Origin: Felis catus
Taxonomy: Eukaryota
DNA: 64,000 bases
Direction of reading: 5' to 3'
Assembly: GCF_018350175.1 (NCBI RefSeq)
Contig: NC_058368.1
Location: forward strand, 201,998,001-202,062,000
Made by a program: the position numbers and the translations under genes. Of the stretch, positions 14,036 to 30,188 are shown piece by piece (within the stretch, counting starts at the first letter, position 1; every line of letters begins with the position of its first letter). The notes under the pieces are model-generated. The model ran no database searches, was not told the origin of the DNA, and was given only the letters and a program-made list of their open reading frames with translations.

Positions 14036-14214
14036 GGGTCTCCTGGGTGGCTCCGTTGGTCAAGTGTCCAGATCAATGGAATTGAGTATTGATTTCAACT
14101 CAGGTCATGATCTCATGGTTTGTGGGATCAAGCCCTGCATCGGGCTCTGTGCTGACAGTGCAGAGCTTCTTGGGATTCTCTGTCTCCCCCTCTATCTGTC
14201 CCTCCTTGGCTCCT

Positions 14215-14269
<55 letters not shown>

Positions 14270-14300
14270 TTGAAAATAAATAAACTTAAAAAAATTGAAA
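14036..14300 (+). mobile_element. Older CanSINE with (CT)n
   Basis: tRNA-like head, CT tract, AATAAA tail. Confidence 0.85.
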
Positions 14301-14319
14301 AATAAATTACAAAACTTAA

Positions 14320-14844
14320 AAGATAAAACTCCAGGAACCCAAGGCAGACTGCCCCAATAGCGTATTAATTATTTTGAGCTGAAGCTATTCGGGAAAGAGC
14401 CAGTACAAGGACGTTCAGACCCTCCTCTGTCTCCCTGGAGACAGGAAATAATTCTCTCATGTGAAAGGTACGCTCCATGTACTAAGCAGTAAAATGACAT
14501 CCTTATCACTGAAGATAGGGAGTTTAAAGCAGAGAAAGCTGTAGAAACAACTTTGTTACTTTTTGCTAATCTACTACCCCAGCCCCAATTCCACTTAGAA
14601 TTTCTTACTAATTAAAACTCCCACACTGTTTTCTTTGTCCTGTCAATTCCTCCCAAATTTATTGTCTCTATGTCTAAAATGTATAAAAATTACCTGACTT
14701 GGCCATTTCTTTGGGTCTCATTATTGGACCTCTGTGTACACATAGTAAAACTTTTTCTCCTGCTAATCTGTCTCAGGTCAGTTTAATTACTAAACCGACT
14801 GAAAGAATGTTAGAGAGTAAAGGAATTTTCCCCCTCCCGTACAA
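14320..14844 (+). mobile_element. LTR-like relic (MER34/MER39-like)
   Basis: Contains a TATAAAA box and CTCCTGCTAATCTGTCT, ends CCCGTACA; recalled similarity. Confidence 0.45.
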
Positions 14845-15721
14845 AGTCAAAAGTAGAAAAAAAGGAAAGGGACTACTCCATAAAACAATGCAAACATTTC
14901 AAAATCCTTGGGTTTTAAAGAGAATTGATTGGTATTCTTATTGCACCCGTAGGTCACTGGGAGAGACACAGGCTCCCTGTGATGCAAATATTAGTGAATA
15001 TGTATTCATATATATATTGCTCAAAGGATGCCAGGTATCTATATGCAAAACCATAAACATTCCCAAGTGATCACTATTTTGTCTCCTTGGTGTTTTTATC
15101 TGTGAAGTAGAACTAGTCACATTCAAATGATTGGTGACTTCTAAGCCCCTGAAAGTAAATGAAAAATGAAATTGTATTTTTGTCTATTATCGCATATGGA
15201 ACTAACAGATGTTATTACCAGAGAGAATGGAAACCTTTATTTACCTTCCACCTAGTTTTATAATCCAGTAGACACATTCAAGCTGCCCAAGGAAGTATAA
15301 AATATTTTTAGTCATTGTGCTATTTTTATGATTTTACTAAACTGTAATTTCTCAAAGATCTGAGATTTTATGACTCTTTTATGGAGATTGCTTATGTTTC
15401 TAAACTTTCCTGTTATTTGATTTTTACAACCTTGAAAGAACATATGCTTATGAAGAGATGGTGTGTTTACTCTGCTGTGGTCAAGTGGGAATTATGTAAT
15501 ATGTACATAGTCCATTTCACAGTTAGCTAGTTCAATTTTATTTGTTAGAAAATTGTCTCCATTGTCCATTAATTAATTGACTAATCCAACAAACATTTTT
15601 TTATCACTTTACACATATGCAAATACGGACTGAACATTGGAAGTTAAAAGCATATGCCCGCAAACACACACACTATTTCCTGCTTTTGTAGAATTTGCAG
15701 TCTGAAGAGATTTTTAGCCTT

Positions 15722-15966
15722 GGAGAGTCTGGGTGGCACATTCGGTTATGTGTCTGACTCTTGATCTGAGCTCAGGTCACGATCTCACAGTTTATGAGTT
15801 TGAATCCTGCATCGGGCTCTGCACTGATGTCATGGAGCCTGCTTGGGATCCTGTCTCTCCTTCTCTCTGTCTCTCCCCCACTTGTGTATGTGTGCATACA
15901 CTCTGTGTGTGTTAAAATAAATAAATAAACTTAAATTTTTTTCATTCTTTTAAAAACATATACATA

Positions 15967-16005
<39 letters not shown>
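15722..16005 (+). mobile_element. Older CanSINE with (TAAA)n tail
   Basis: Degenerate head and body. Confidence 0.8.
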
Positions 16006-19000
16006 AGACAGGGATTTTTAGCCTTTAAATTGAACTAAAAGTCTACCTTCCTGTAACATTTTAATTGCTGATGCTCTACATCAAACCAAACAAACTTACT
16101 GCCTCTTCCACATGAGAGGTCTTTAAAAATCTGAAGAATCATCAGAACCTTCCTTCTTTAGATGTTATGAATAAATCTTCAGATCCCATATCATTTTCTA
16201 CAAGACCCTCTTAAAATGCAATACTCAGAACTGAATTAGATACCGTCTGCCAAATGCAGTTAACAAATGAGATGCCTTTTTTTAAAACAGCCTGGTATGT
16301 CAACCTTTCGTCACTATTGTGTAAACCATGCTGAACTACGTTTTCCATTCCCTTTGTCGTATGGTAGGGCGGACCACAGGGGAGGTACTTGGGAGAGTTG
16401 GAAGCAGACGGGAAGCAACAGCTGTTTCCAAGCTCACACATGTCGTTTCCAATCTGCTGAATCACCTCCTTGGGGTGAAGTAGCAGCTGGGTCTGCCAAG
16501 CGCCCTAGTTTGCCCTGGATCCAAGTTTGGTTTCTTTTATTCCTCAGTCAGGTGTATTTGTTAGCTCTGTGAACAGAGGACCCTGGAAATCTTGCAGAAT
16601 ACCTTTGTCAACAAGGTCCAAGGCAAAGAAACTAACATGGTTTCAGTCTGTCCTCTTGGGGTTCAGTCTTGTGCCTCTGGCTTCCAATTTCCCCTTGGTC
16701 TCCTCCAGTTTCCAGCTATCTTCCCTTCCTGACTGCCTTCCTAGCAGACTTTATGCATCAGCATGAAGAGCAGCAACAACCACATCACCAGGGGTGCTTA
16801 ACCAGCTCCCACAGTTGCCCAATTCTCTGGAGCAAATTATATATATTTTTCTCCTAGTGATTCTGACTTCCTAGTTGAATGGATACAATTAGAGTAAGTT
16901 TTTGTTATTTTCAAATTTAATTTTGAAATAATCCACACACACGCGCACACTGATGTACCCCATTTGTGAAGCAAGACATTTCTGATACACCTGATGCTGG
17001 TTGCCCTTTGCCAACGCCAGTTGCTGGTGCAACTGCCATCACTGTTGCATTTGTATTTCTCCACCTGTCCCCTCTTTCTTAGGTAACCACTATTCTGGAT
17101 TTTATGCTTACCGTTCCTTTGCTTTTCTTAAGGTTCTAATGTAGACATTATTTAATTTTAAGCGTTTTTGAATTTTAAAGAAATATTAGACAGCTGTAGG
17201 ACAGTGAGGACTTATAAAAATTATCTTCTTAAATCTGTATATGTTCTGTTAAAAATATCATCCAGATAAGTGCCTCCCATCCCATACTATATTTTTCCCT
17301 TGTTCAGTGCGATTACCTTGATTTTGGACCATCAACCTAGACTGTTGACATTAGTTTGGATCTTGCTTCAACTCTCTAGTATATTAAATCTCCCATCTGC
17401 TGTGTTGCTTTCCCTCAAGACTTGCTAAGAATATTTTCTACGTTTCCATTCAAACGATAAAAATATTAAGAGGAAAGGTTCGAGAACAGGGCACAGACAC
17501 ATGGTACTTTTGCTTCACCTTGGTATGGCCTTCAGTTCAGTTTATATGTTGCTTTGCTGCATTAGCAAAGTGTTCTTAGCATCATTCTTATCATACCTGC
17601 TGTAACTGTTTATTTACTTATCACTCTCAATAGCTAGACAGTAATATCCTTGGTGAAGGGACAAAGCCTAATTCCATTTTGTATTTTCTGTGCAATCACA
17701 ACTCTTAGTACTAAATAGGCACTCAGTCATTAAATTATCTACTGAATGTACCAGTTTCATCTAGAAGGATAAATAGGAGTTCAAGAGCTGAATAAGGTGG
17801 GAAAGGGTGTTTTAGACAGTGGGAGCAACTAAGGGGCAGGGTAAATTGAACAAAATTAGGGACAAGCTTGGCACTATTGAATTTCCTTTAGGGAATTCAT
17901 ATTATAGGAACCTAAGTAGGCAAATAAGTCAATGGTCAGACTAGGCTTTCAGCTAAACCATCTTAATAACATACTTTACAGGAAAATGATAGTGGGGACC
18001 ACTATTGGTATAATTTTTGAATGAACGGGATAAACCATCATGTTTTTCACTTGAAAAAGAATCTCAGAGCTATTTGAATATTTGCTTTTGTAAGGATTTT
18101 TTGACACTAATTTATCTTTCTTTATTATTTCTTTCCTTTTCTATATTGCACCTCTGGTTTTTGTTTTTGTAATATGCTTGAAGGGAAGAAGAGGGAGAGA
18201 GGGAGGAAGGAAGGATGGGAACGGAGGAGAGGGATGGACAGAAGGAAAAGATTTATAGGTGTTGCTTCCAAAGATTCTGATTCAGTAGACTGAATTGGAT
18301 GCTACTATAAAACTGCATTTTGAGACATTTCCAGAATTGATGGTGATGTGCACCTAGGTTTGAGAGCCATCATCTGAGGGATGTGGTCATGTGTTGATAA
18401 ACAAATGAACACACAACCACAAAAAAATCATCTATGAGTCCAGTGTAAGCTGCTGATCTACTAATAGAACATGAGTGACACCTCCAGTTGGAATCGCATC
18501 AGCAAATGTCTCTTCCGGTTCTGGATCTGGATCACATTTTACTGCTGTCTCCTTCGATCACCTGTAAATCAAACACCAGCAAATTTTCTGAGTTGACCTT
18601 TGTTCGGCAAACTGACCATTTCCTTGAAAAGATGTTGACATCTCCATTTTAGAGTTCCTCAACAGTTTTACTAAAAATTAGAAAAATTTTGAGGCATTAA
18701 GAGTTTTAAAATTATATTTCTATTGATTAATTTCTCTTCGGTATTAATTAGATTATAAATTCAATGGTACACATGAAAGAACTGTATTAACATGTTGCCT
18801 ATAAGAAAAAGCAGATTGTGGAGGCTGAATAAATATGGGTGATAGTGGCAGAAAGAATGTTTCCAATGAGGGGAAAAAAAAACCCTCATTAGAAGCTCAT
18901 CTCCATTAAACTTATTCTCACAACAAGAATCACCTGGAATGTCGTTCTAAATTATTCCATAACAAAATCTTAAAAATAGAAAAGCCTAAGAAAAATAACT

Positions 19001-20254
19001 ACACAAAATCTGAAGTCATAAAAAAATTTCAAAGTCAATGCTGACTTGAATACAATACAGGAATGTTAAAGGAGAACATTGTACATCCAGAGTCCTGGCT
19101 TTTAAACCAAATTAACCACAACTGATTACAGTGTTAAAATTGTACTTTCTTGCATTTGCTATACTTTTAGATGTCTTTAAATTCAGTGGTTTGAAATTGT
19201 TTTCTAGTAAAATACTTTTAAAAATCAACCAATATTACTGCTTCATTAACATACACTTTTCAAACTACAGTGCATTTTTGTTTTGCCCTTTTTTACTGTA
19301 TAGTTTGATTTGAGAATGAGAGAGATTGAAATAAACTTAGGTTTGATCCTAGACTGGGAAAATTAGACTTAAATGGAGCAGCCACTGTTATTTGACAGGA
19401 TTATTATGTTGCTATTTTAACAACAGTATTCAGCTCACATTCCAAAATGCTCTGGTAATGTATAAGTTGTATATATGGTTTCATATTTTATATTTTAAAT
19501 ATACATTAAATTTTGCTTTTTTATAAAGAATTTATACTTTCAGTCAGATATTTCTGACTTTTCCAATCACACTTTTGGGGATATAGACTTTAACTGAAAA
19601 TTTGGTCATATATATGAGTTTGAAATAATATATATGAATATATATATACATATATATATATAAACCTATATAGGTGTGTATAACTAGATATCTTATCTAG
19701 ATATATAGATGTGTGTGCATACGTGTGTGTGAGAGCAATTAAGAATGAATTTATGTATTTTAAGGGCATCTCATATACTTCCATTCCAAGAGAGCACTAG
19801 TGTTTTGTTAACTGAGAATTTCTGAATATTCTTTTCTGCAGACATAACAAACAAAATATTTTTAAAGTGTTTTATATAATTAATTATAATTCAAGCCAAT
19901 AAAAGGTATTAAATAGAGAACAAGAAATAATACTAAAAGCTGTGTCCCCAAAGCATGAAATTATAATATAATGTTGATGAAATTCCCTATTAGTTGGGAA
20001 TACAGAGAAAAATACCATTTTATATTTCTAGTCCATTTATGTATAACACAGAATGTAGCAGTACAGCTATCTGATAAATATATAAATATATAAATCTGAT
20101 AAATATATCTGATAAATATATATATACATATTTAAAGTTAAATCATTTAGGTTTGATAAAATTGTTTTGTGTTTACTCTCCTTGAAATTGGTATTAGATA
20201 TATAAAGTATAGATCCTACCTAATAGAGAATGATCAGGATTCATATGTCACACA

Positions 20255-20299
<45 letters not shown>

Positions 20300-20920
20300 C
20301 TGTACATATTTAGGACCAGATTCTATTTGGAACTTTGAGAAGTTCAAATTTTAGAGAAACATTTGTCTATTGCCGTCAAGTAAACAATAACACTGAGAGC
20401 AGAGATGCTAACCCAGTCAAGTCCTAATTCTACTGGAAATGTATATAAAGTCACTGGAACAGCTCAACTCGTGGAAGAAAGCAAATTCCACCGAGGAGGT
20501 TCTGGAGTAAGAAATTGGCAAGAGTTTATCTTCTCTTCTGCCTTTCTCTTCCTCTGTGTATATAAGATGTTACCCTTTCTTCCTGTTTATAAACCTGAGT
20601 TGATCAGAAAGGTGAAACTGAACGATGAGTGTCTAAAATTTCACTTCCCTAGGGAACAACAATATCTGATCTCACACTACTCCACTTCAAAGATAAAGGC
20701 TTTGTTGAAATAGGAAACATAGGTTGTGTGGGGTCACAGGTGGGCATAACCAGTTATTTGAAAGTACTCCAGAATGTGCCAAATACTATTGCTTTTAAAG
20801 TCAAAATGGGACTGAGGCACCCGGAAGGCTCAGTCAGTGGAACGTGTGACCCTTGATCTTAGGGTTGTGAGTTCGATCCCCACGTTGGGTGGACAAATTA
20901 CTTAAAAAAATAAAATCTTT

Positions 20921-21840
20921 AAGTGGGCAAAAGACATGATAGACACTTCTCCAAAGAAGACATCCAGATGGCCAACTGACACATGAAAAAATGGTCAATA
21001 TCACTCATCGTCAGGGAAATACAAATCAAAATACCACCTCACACCTGACAGAATGGCTAACGTTAACAACTCAGGCAACAACAGATGTTGGCGAGGATGC
21101 GGAGAAAGAGGATCTCTTTTGCACCGCTGGTGGGAATGCAAACTGGTGCAGCCACTCTGGAAAAGAGTATGGAGGTTTCTCAAGAAACTAAAAATAGAAC
21201 TACCCTACGACCCAGCAATTGCACTACTAGGCATTTATCCACGGGATACAGGTGTGCTGTTTCAAAGGGACACATGCACCCCCATGCTTATGGCAGCACT
21301 ATCAACAAGAGCTAAAGTATGCAAAGAGCCCAAATGTCCATTGATGGATGAATGGATAAAGAAGATGTGGTATATTTGTACAATGGAGTATTACTCGGCA
21401 ATCAAAAAGAAAGAAATCTTGCCATTTGCAACTATGTGGATGGAACTGGAGGGTATTATGCTAAGTGAAATTAGTCAGTCAGAGAAAGACAAAAATCATA
21501 TGACCTCACTCATATGAGGACTTTAAGATACAAAACAGATGAACCTAAGGGAAGGGAAGCAAAAATAATATAAAAACAGGGAGGGGGGCAAAACATAAGA
21601 GACTCTTAAATATGGAGAACAAACAGATTGGCTACTAGAGGGGTTGTGGGAGGAGGGATGGGCTAAATGGATAAGGGGCATTAGGGGGCATTAAGGCTAA
21701 GGGGTATCTACTCCTGAAATCATTGTGGCACTAAATGCTAACTAATTTGGATGTAAATTTTAAAAATTAAAATTAAAAAAATTAAAATAAATAGATAAAT
21801 AATAAATAATAAATATGTTTAGCCCTAGAAATATATAAAT
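20921..21840 (+). mobile_element. 5'-truncated L1 (ORF2 C-terminus plus 3'UTR), directly after a short SINE at about 20815-20920
   Basis: ORF 21053-21517 encodes the L1 C-terminus ([31 protein letters not shown]). The 3'UTR matches 13750-13990. Confidence 0.93.
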
Positions 21841-21863
21841 AAATAAATAAAATTTTTAGAGAG

Positions 21864-21905
<42 letters not shown>

Positions 21906-22369
21906 GGAAAATGAGATGTGGCTAATTAAAAAGGTTTTTGCTATATATTCATTGAGCTATTTCTGATAATATTCTAAAGTAAAATGCTTGCTTAACTTTA
22001 AATATAAGACATTATCTTAACAGTTTCTAAAGTTTGATTGTTATATAATCTTTATTGCAAACAAAATATTTTAAAGAGATGACAGTATTTTATAGGTAGT
22101 AATTATATTCTGTCATTTCAGTGAGTCTGCATCTGAGTTAAATGCTCTTACATTTGCATCTAATCTGGTATTGAACAATATAAATGGCGTTAATTCTTTC
22201 GAATAATTACAACTTTTTTCTTCTACTTAGAACAACATTAGATACCGAGTAGAAAAGACAGAAGTCAAGAGAGAGACCGCAGAAGAAAGGTAACAACTTT
22301 ATGGTTTAGTGTCTGTAACGGGACTTCCTTTTTGAACAGAGGCCCCACGTTTACATTCTGCACTGGGTC

Positions 22370-24150
<1,781 letters not shown>

Positions 24151-24209
24151 CACTTTTTAAAATTTATAGAAATAACAAAATACAAACATTTGTTTTAAAA
24201 TACCTTTAA

Positions 24210-24323
24210 GGGCACCTGGGGGCTCAGTCAGTTGGGCATCTGACTCTTGATCCAGCTCAGGTCTTGATCTCAGGATGGTGAGTTCAAACCCTGTGTTGGG
24301 CTCCATGCTGGGCATGAAGCCTA

Positions 24324-24359
<36 letters not shown>

Positions 24360-24703
24360 CAAACCTTAACAATGACAGAAAAAAAACAATGCTATGAATT
24401 ATATACTTAAGAAATATTTAACTAAGATTGTGTAAAATTTACATGAAGGAAAAGTAAACATTTCCTCAGACTACATAAAATGGAGACAACCAAATAAAGA
24501 GGAATCAACATTACAAAGTTGTCAACCTTCCCTAAATCAATCAGTAAATTCAGTGTGATTTCTTTTTAAATTCTACTTTTGGGGAGCCGGGGTGGCTCAA
24601 TTGGTTAAGCATCAGACTCTTAATTTTGGCTCAGGTCATGATCCCAGGTTCAAGGGATTGAGCCTGGCATCAGGCTCTATGCTGAACATGGAGCCTGCTG
24701 AGG

Positions 24704-24764
<61 letters not shown>

Positions 24765-25160
24765 CTCTCTCTGCCCCTCTCCAGCTCATGCATGTATGCA
24801 TAATAAATAAATAAATAAATTCTACTTTTAAAAGTAACTGATCATGAGAGATTGATTCAAAAGTATTCATTAAGTACAAAAAACCTTTAGTAATTTAGGA
24901 ATAAAAGAAAACTTCCTTTGTATAATTATGGGTATCTATCAAAAACCGTATTTTCAGGTATGTACAACCAGCCCAAGATTCCTCAAAAACATTTAAGATA
25001 ATCTTCAAGTGGGGATGCCTGGCTGGCTCAGTCTATACAGCTTCTTGATCTTGATACAGTCTATACAGATTCTTGATCTTGGGGTTGTGAGTTTGAGCCC
25101 CATTTTGGGTGTAAAGATTGCTTAAAAATAAAACCTTAAAAAAAAAAAAAAGAAAAAGAA
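24210..25160 (+). mobile_element. Cluster of three CanSINEs (about 24210-24357, 24581-24818, 25011-25160)
   Basis: Three tRNA-like heads with A tails; TSD TAAATTCTACTTT flanks the middle copy. Confidence 0.85.
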
Positions 25161-26367
25161 CCTTCAAGTGAAGCTCAAAGTCAGAAAAGTCCCGTATATG
25201 TGCTCAGAGTGATTAAAATAAACTTTTAATTCCCACAATCTTAAACAAGAATAAACAATTCAACATCACCCAACACGCAAGGAGAAGATTTAATATGGAA
25301 AGAGAAACTAACAAAAATTAGCAACAAAAATTCCATTCAACAACAGATTACTATAGGATTTCTAATTAAAGTAAGAAAATAAATCACACTTTCATTGCTA
25401 CTATTCAGTATGCTTTGATGAGTATATTTTTTGCAATATTTTCTCATCTTAAGAGCTCCCTTCCTGTTCCCACGTTTTCCCCTTTAATTTGATTGACTCT
25501 CTTACTTTTGAGAACTTTCTTCAGTAGCTTTCTGAGAAAAAGTATGCACGGGGGATAATTTTTTTGAGATAGTTCATACTTTAACATACATTTCTTTTGT
25601 CCTCATATTTAATTGACATTAATTGACAGGGCCTACAACTCTAGCTTGACAACATTTCCCTGCAGAATTTTGGAGGTGTTTCTGTTCTGTTAAGAATGTT
25701 AAAGCCATTCTATTTTTTGACCAGTTCCATATCCTCTTCTATGGAACCTATAGGATTTTCTTCTTATCCACAGTGTTCTGAAATTTCACAGTGATGTGCC
25801 TTGGTATTTTCCAGCTATACAGGAGAGGTGTATTTTCATTCAACCAGGAACTTAGTAGAAACCTTCAGCTTGCATTTCCTTCAGTTTTACCCAATTTTTG
25901 AATTATTTTGTTGTCGATTGTCTCCATTTTCTCTATTATTTAGCTATTGGACCTCCTGGACTAATTATATAATACTATCTTTTTTCTCTTCTTACAGCCA
26001 TCTCTTTGTCTTTCTGCTCTACTTTCTGTGAGATTTTCCTCAACTTTATTTTCCCAAACTCCTTTCGTTTCTTTTATCGTGTTTTAAAATCTGATCTTTT
26101 TTCCCCTTAAATGTTCTTTTTTCATAACAGCTTGTTCTTTTTTCATAGATACAATATCATCTTTTAATCTGAGGATTTTTATTATGATATTTATGAGAAT
26201 AAAAGGTAGGGCATAAGGAATATAGTCAATGATATTATGATAGCATCCTATGATGACAGATGGTGGCTACACTTGTGACCATACCATATAGTTATAAAAT
26301 CACTGTTGTATACTTGAAACTAATGTAACATTATGTGTCAACTTTAGTTAAATTAAACAATGTAAAT

Positions 26368-26573
26368 TTTTTTCATGTTTATTTTTGACAGAGAGAGAGG
26401 GAGACAAAGCATGAGTGGAGAGGGGCATAGAGAGAGAGGGAGACACAGAATCTGAAGCAGGCTCCAGGCTCTGGGCTGTCAGCAAAGAGCCTGATGCGTG
26501 GCTCAAACAACCATGAGATCATGACCTGAGCCGAAGTTGGACGCTTGACCGACTGAGCCAGCCCAGGTGCCCC
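26368..26573 (-). mobile_element. CanSINE
   Basis: Consensus match. Confidence 0.9.
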
Positions 26574-27332
26574 AAAATATTTTTTAAAAAGAAAATAAAA
26601 GAGGTCTTAGCAGCAAGCATTCAGTGTGTGTGTGGACACCGATCTTACTATTTTCAGTAAAGTACCCATGCAGCCAGCTATATAGGAGGCAGAACCAACT
26701 TGTATAGTTACACTGAGTCCTAATAACAGCCCTACACATGGTTTAATTCTCTATGGTAGTCCTCTCAAAATTAGCAATTTTTGAACATCGGGCCTGCATT
26801 TGAGTTTTGCTCTGGGCCCCCAAAATTATGTGTCCAGTCCTGAGTACCCACACCCTCAAGTCTGCAGATCAAGACTAAAGACCAGTTTTACTCTTTTCCG
26901 TTTTCTCTGAGGCTGGGAGAGGAGCATTTGCCCAACAACGTACAATTCAGGTGGGGACCTGGAGATCTGCTTCTAAATTCAATGTTACACAATTCTCTTT
27001 ACTCCAGTGCCGCTTTTCTTCCTTTGGTCCCTCACAAAGCTGCTGTGTCTAAATCTCGCTTTGCACGGGCACCAAGGTCACAGCATACTGGCAGCTGATA
27101 TTTCTCTACCATGCCTGTATGTGTTGGCCACAAACTCCATCAAAAAGGCTGCTGTCTATCAACAGTGAGGTACAGTTCTTCCCCTGAATGCCAAACCTAC
27201 GTTGTGTGTCTGGTGGACTCTGGCACGAGCGGGCCTCCTCAGGGGTGCTGTGCTAATTAAGAGGAGGTATTGGATGGCTCGTGTCTTTCTTTCTGGTGAT
27301 CACATCCATTGTAAGGTTTGCCAGTAAATTCT

Positions 27333-27391
27333 TTTTTTTAACGTTTTTATTTATTTTTGAGAGAGAGAGAGACACAGCATGAGCAGGGGAG

Positions 27392-27436
<45 letters not shown>

Positions 27437-27559
27437 AAGCAGGCTCTAGGTTCCCAGCTATTAGCACAGAGCCCAATGCCCGGCTTGAACTCACAAACCT
27501 TGAGATCATGACCTGAGCTGAAGTCAGACGCTCAACTGACCGAGCCACCCAGGCGCCCC
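27333..27559 (-). mobile_element. CanSINE with (GA)n
   Basis: Consensus match. Confidence 0.9.
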
Positions 27560-28491
27560 TGTCAATAAATTCTGTTCCTTAATCCACTAGAGTGACTTGG
27601 TAACATTTATTCTCAGCTACAGTGCACAACAAAACACAGCTCCAAATTGGATGCATTTTTGCACAAAAGATCCTCAAGACAAAAAAATACCATAATTGTA
27701 TAATCTATAACAATAATAGTAGTAACAACAAAAATCACTACAACAAACATCCAAATATTCTATTTTATAGTTTGCAATACTGCCAAAACTTTTATCTCAA
27801 CAACATTTGACAGATGTGTACTATCCCCCTGTTTTAAAGGAAGAGAAACTGAGAGGTAGTTGGAGGGGTAGTTACTTTTAAAAAATTTGGAGGGGTAGTT
27901 ACTTTTAAATTCACCAAAAGATTAAGTGGTACTGCTGTGACTCAAAACTACTGCCTTCAAATATCCTTTTAACCAGTGTGAATATGCAAGGCTGTCTTAT
28001 CCACACACAGAGCTTTCTTTTTTCACATGCTCTCTCCATTTTTGCTGATTCTCTACACTGAGAAAAACTAAACCTTCTTCAAAAGTTCCTTACCAAACAA
28101 AACCTACATTTATCAGATAAACACTCTCCTTAGCAACCATTAATCTTCCAGGGTGAATACAAAGCTGCTTTGCATCAGAACACAAACCAGAGTTACTATT
28201 TATTGATTATGCCACATCTTCAAAAAGACCTTTATAGAGCACCTCACAGTTTGTTAAAACTAAAATAGAGCACGCTTTCTCTGTAACGGTTTAATGAAAA
28301 AGAAACAAGGACATCACTACAAACGGGTAACTATCTAGCTGTAGAGATGAATTCATTTTATCTAACTTTTAATTCTTATTTAAAAAAACTAACAAAACAG
28401 TTAAAATGTCATGGGAAGTAATATATTGGTTCTATTCTGAGATAAGACTCTTTGCATAAAGTCAAACATTTGGATAAAAACTGAAATTGTA

Positions 28492-28722
28492 GGGGTGCCT
28501 GGGGCAGCTCAGTCAATTAAGCTTCCGGCTCTTGATTTTCACTCAGGTCATGATCTCATGGTCATGAGATCAAGCCCCATGTCAGGCTCTGTGCTGAGTA
28601 CTGAGCATGGACCTTGCTTGGGATTCTCTCTCTCCCTCTCTCTCTCTGCCCCTCCCTCAAGTGCACGCATGCGTGCGTGCACACACACTCTCTCTCCAAA
28701 TAAATTTAAAAAAATTAAAAAT
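28492..28722 (+). mobile_element. CanSINE
   Basis: Consensus match. Confidence 0.85.
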
Positions 28723-29374
28723 AATTGAAACTCTGAAATCATTTATAGTGAACAATATTCTCCCTCTCCATCTCCCCCCAACATTGTAAAGGTTGAGATA
28801 AAAGTTTAGGGATAAAGGCTTTGAGATCTTCGATTTTGCCTTTTATAAATTGCTTTGTCTCTAAAATGTGAACATGAGCTAGATCTCGTGAGACTCAGTC
28901 CAGTTACAGAATCTTTTCTACTTTCAGGTATATATTCAGGTGCATATTCAGATATTCAGATTATTTAATTCTCCTTCTTATTCATGTATTTGGTTAGCCT
29001 CTCCCCCCACCCATCCTCTTAACTAGACATTGCCACTTCCTTAAGGTAACTTGAAATATGAGAAAGAATCAGGAATAGTAAACAAATAACAAACAATTCA
29101 TTTAAATGATTGTTTAGTTTATTGCCCAAATGCAGAGATGACATAAAATTCTAAAGTACAAGATATCTGAAAATGACAGGAAGGTAAGTCATAATTAGTA
29201 CCATAAATTTTTATAATAATTTTACATTTATAGAGATTAACATTTACATTAACTTAAATTTCAAACATAAAAAAGAGAAAGCAAAAAGTACTAGAAGAAA
29301 ACATAGGATGTCTTTATTTTTTCCTTAAAGCAATGAAGGCCTTTCTAGGTATGACAGAAACAAAAGCCCTTTTT

Positions 29375-29700
29375 TATTTTATTTTATTATTTATTTATTT
29401 ATTTTACTTTTATTTTATTTCCAATATATGAAGTTTATTGTCAAATTGGTTTCCATATTGTCCATTGGTTTCCATACAGTGCTCATCCCAAAAGGTGCCC
29501 TCCTCAATACCCATCACCCACCCTCCCCTCCCTCCCATCCCTTATCAACCCTCAGTTTGTTCTCAGTTTTTAAGAGTCTCTTATGCTTTGACTCTCTCCC
29601 ACTCTAACCTCTTTTTTTTTTCTTACCCTCCCCCATGGGTTTCTGTTAAGTTTCTCAGGATCCACATAAGAGTGAAACCATATGGTATCTTTCTCTGTAT
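29375..29700 (-). mobile_element. L1 3'-end fragment
   Basis: T-rich tail followed by L1 3'UTR-like text; TSD CAAAAGCCCTTTTT at 29361-29374 and 29701-29714. Confidence 0.8.
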
Positions 29701-29844
29701 CAAAAGCCCTTTTTAAAAAGACTGGTTAATTTGGCTACATAACAAATAATTCTTGGTGGTAATGTCACAAGACAGAAGGCACACTGGGAAAAGTTATTAC
29801 CAAAAACTAAATAGACAGTGACAAATGATGGAAGCAAACTTGGA

Positions 29845-29912
29845 TTCTCCAGGCCTCTCTCCTTGTCCTGCAGATGACTGCCTTCTCTTTGTGTCCTCAC
29901 ATGGCCTTTTCT

Positions 29913-29956
<44 letters not shown>

Positions 29957-30188
29957 ATGCGTGCTTCCTTTGGTATCTCTTCCTCTTCTTATAAGGATTC
30001 AATATTGGATTAGGTCCAAGATTAGTCATATTAGATTCTAGGCCAACCCATATGACCTCATGTAACCTAATTACCTCTTTAAAGGCTTATCTCCAAATAC
30101 AGTCACATTCTAAGGTACTGAGGATTAGAGCTTCACCATATGAATTTGGTTGTGGGGGTTGGGGGGGGATACAATTCAGTCCAATACA
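29845..30188 (-). mobile_element. MaLR LTR (MLT1A-like) containing (TG)n
   Basis: CTCCAAATACAGTCACATTCTAAGGTACTGAGGATTAG...AATTCAGTCCAATACA. Confidence 0.7.

Noticed and set aside
18480..18570. Possible minus-strand exon (TTTGATTTACAG| acceptor near 18562)
   Set aside because: No convincing donor, no reading frame and no partner exons.
18864..18890. Small hairpin AATGAGGG-GAAAAAAAAA-CCCTCATT
   Set aside because: An 8-bp stem is expected by chance in 64 kb.
27861..27908. Tandem duplication of TGGAGGGGTAGTTACTTTTAAA
   Set aside because: Ordinary local slippage inside a MIR-like relic.
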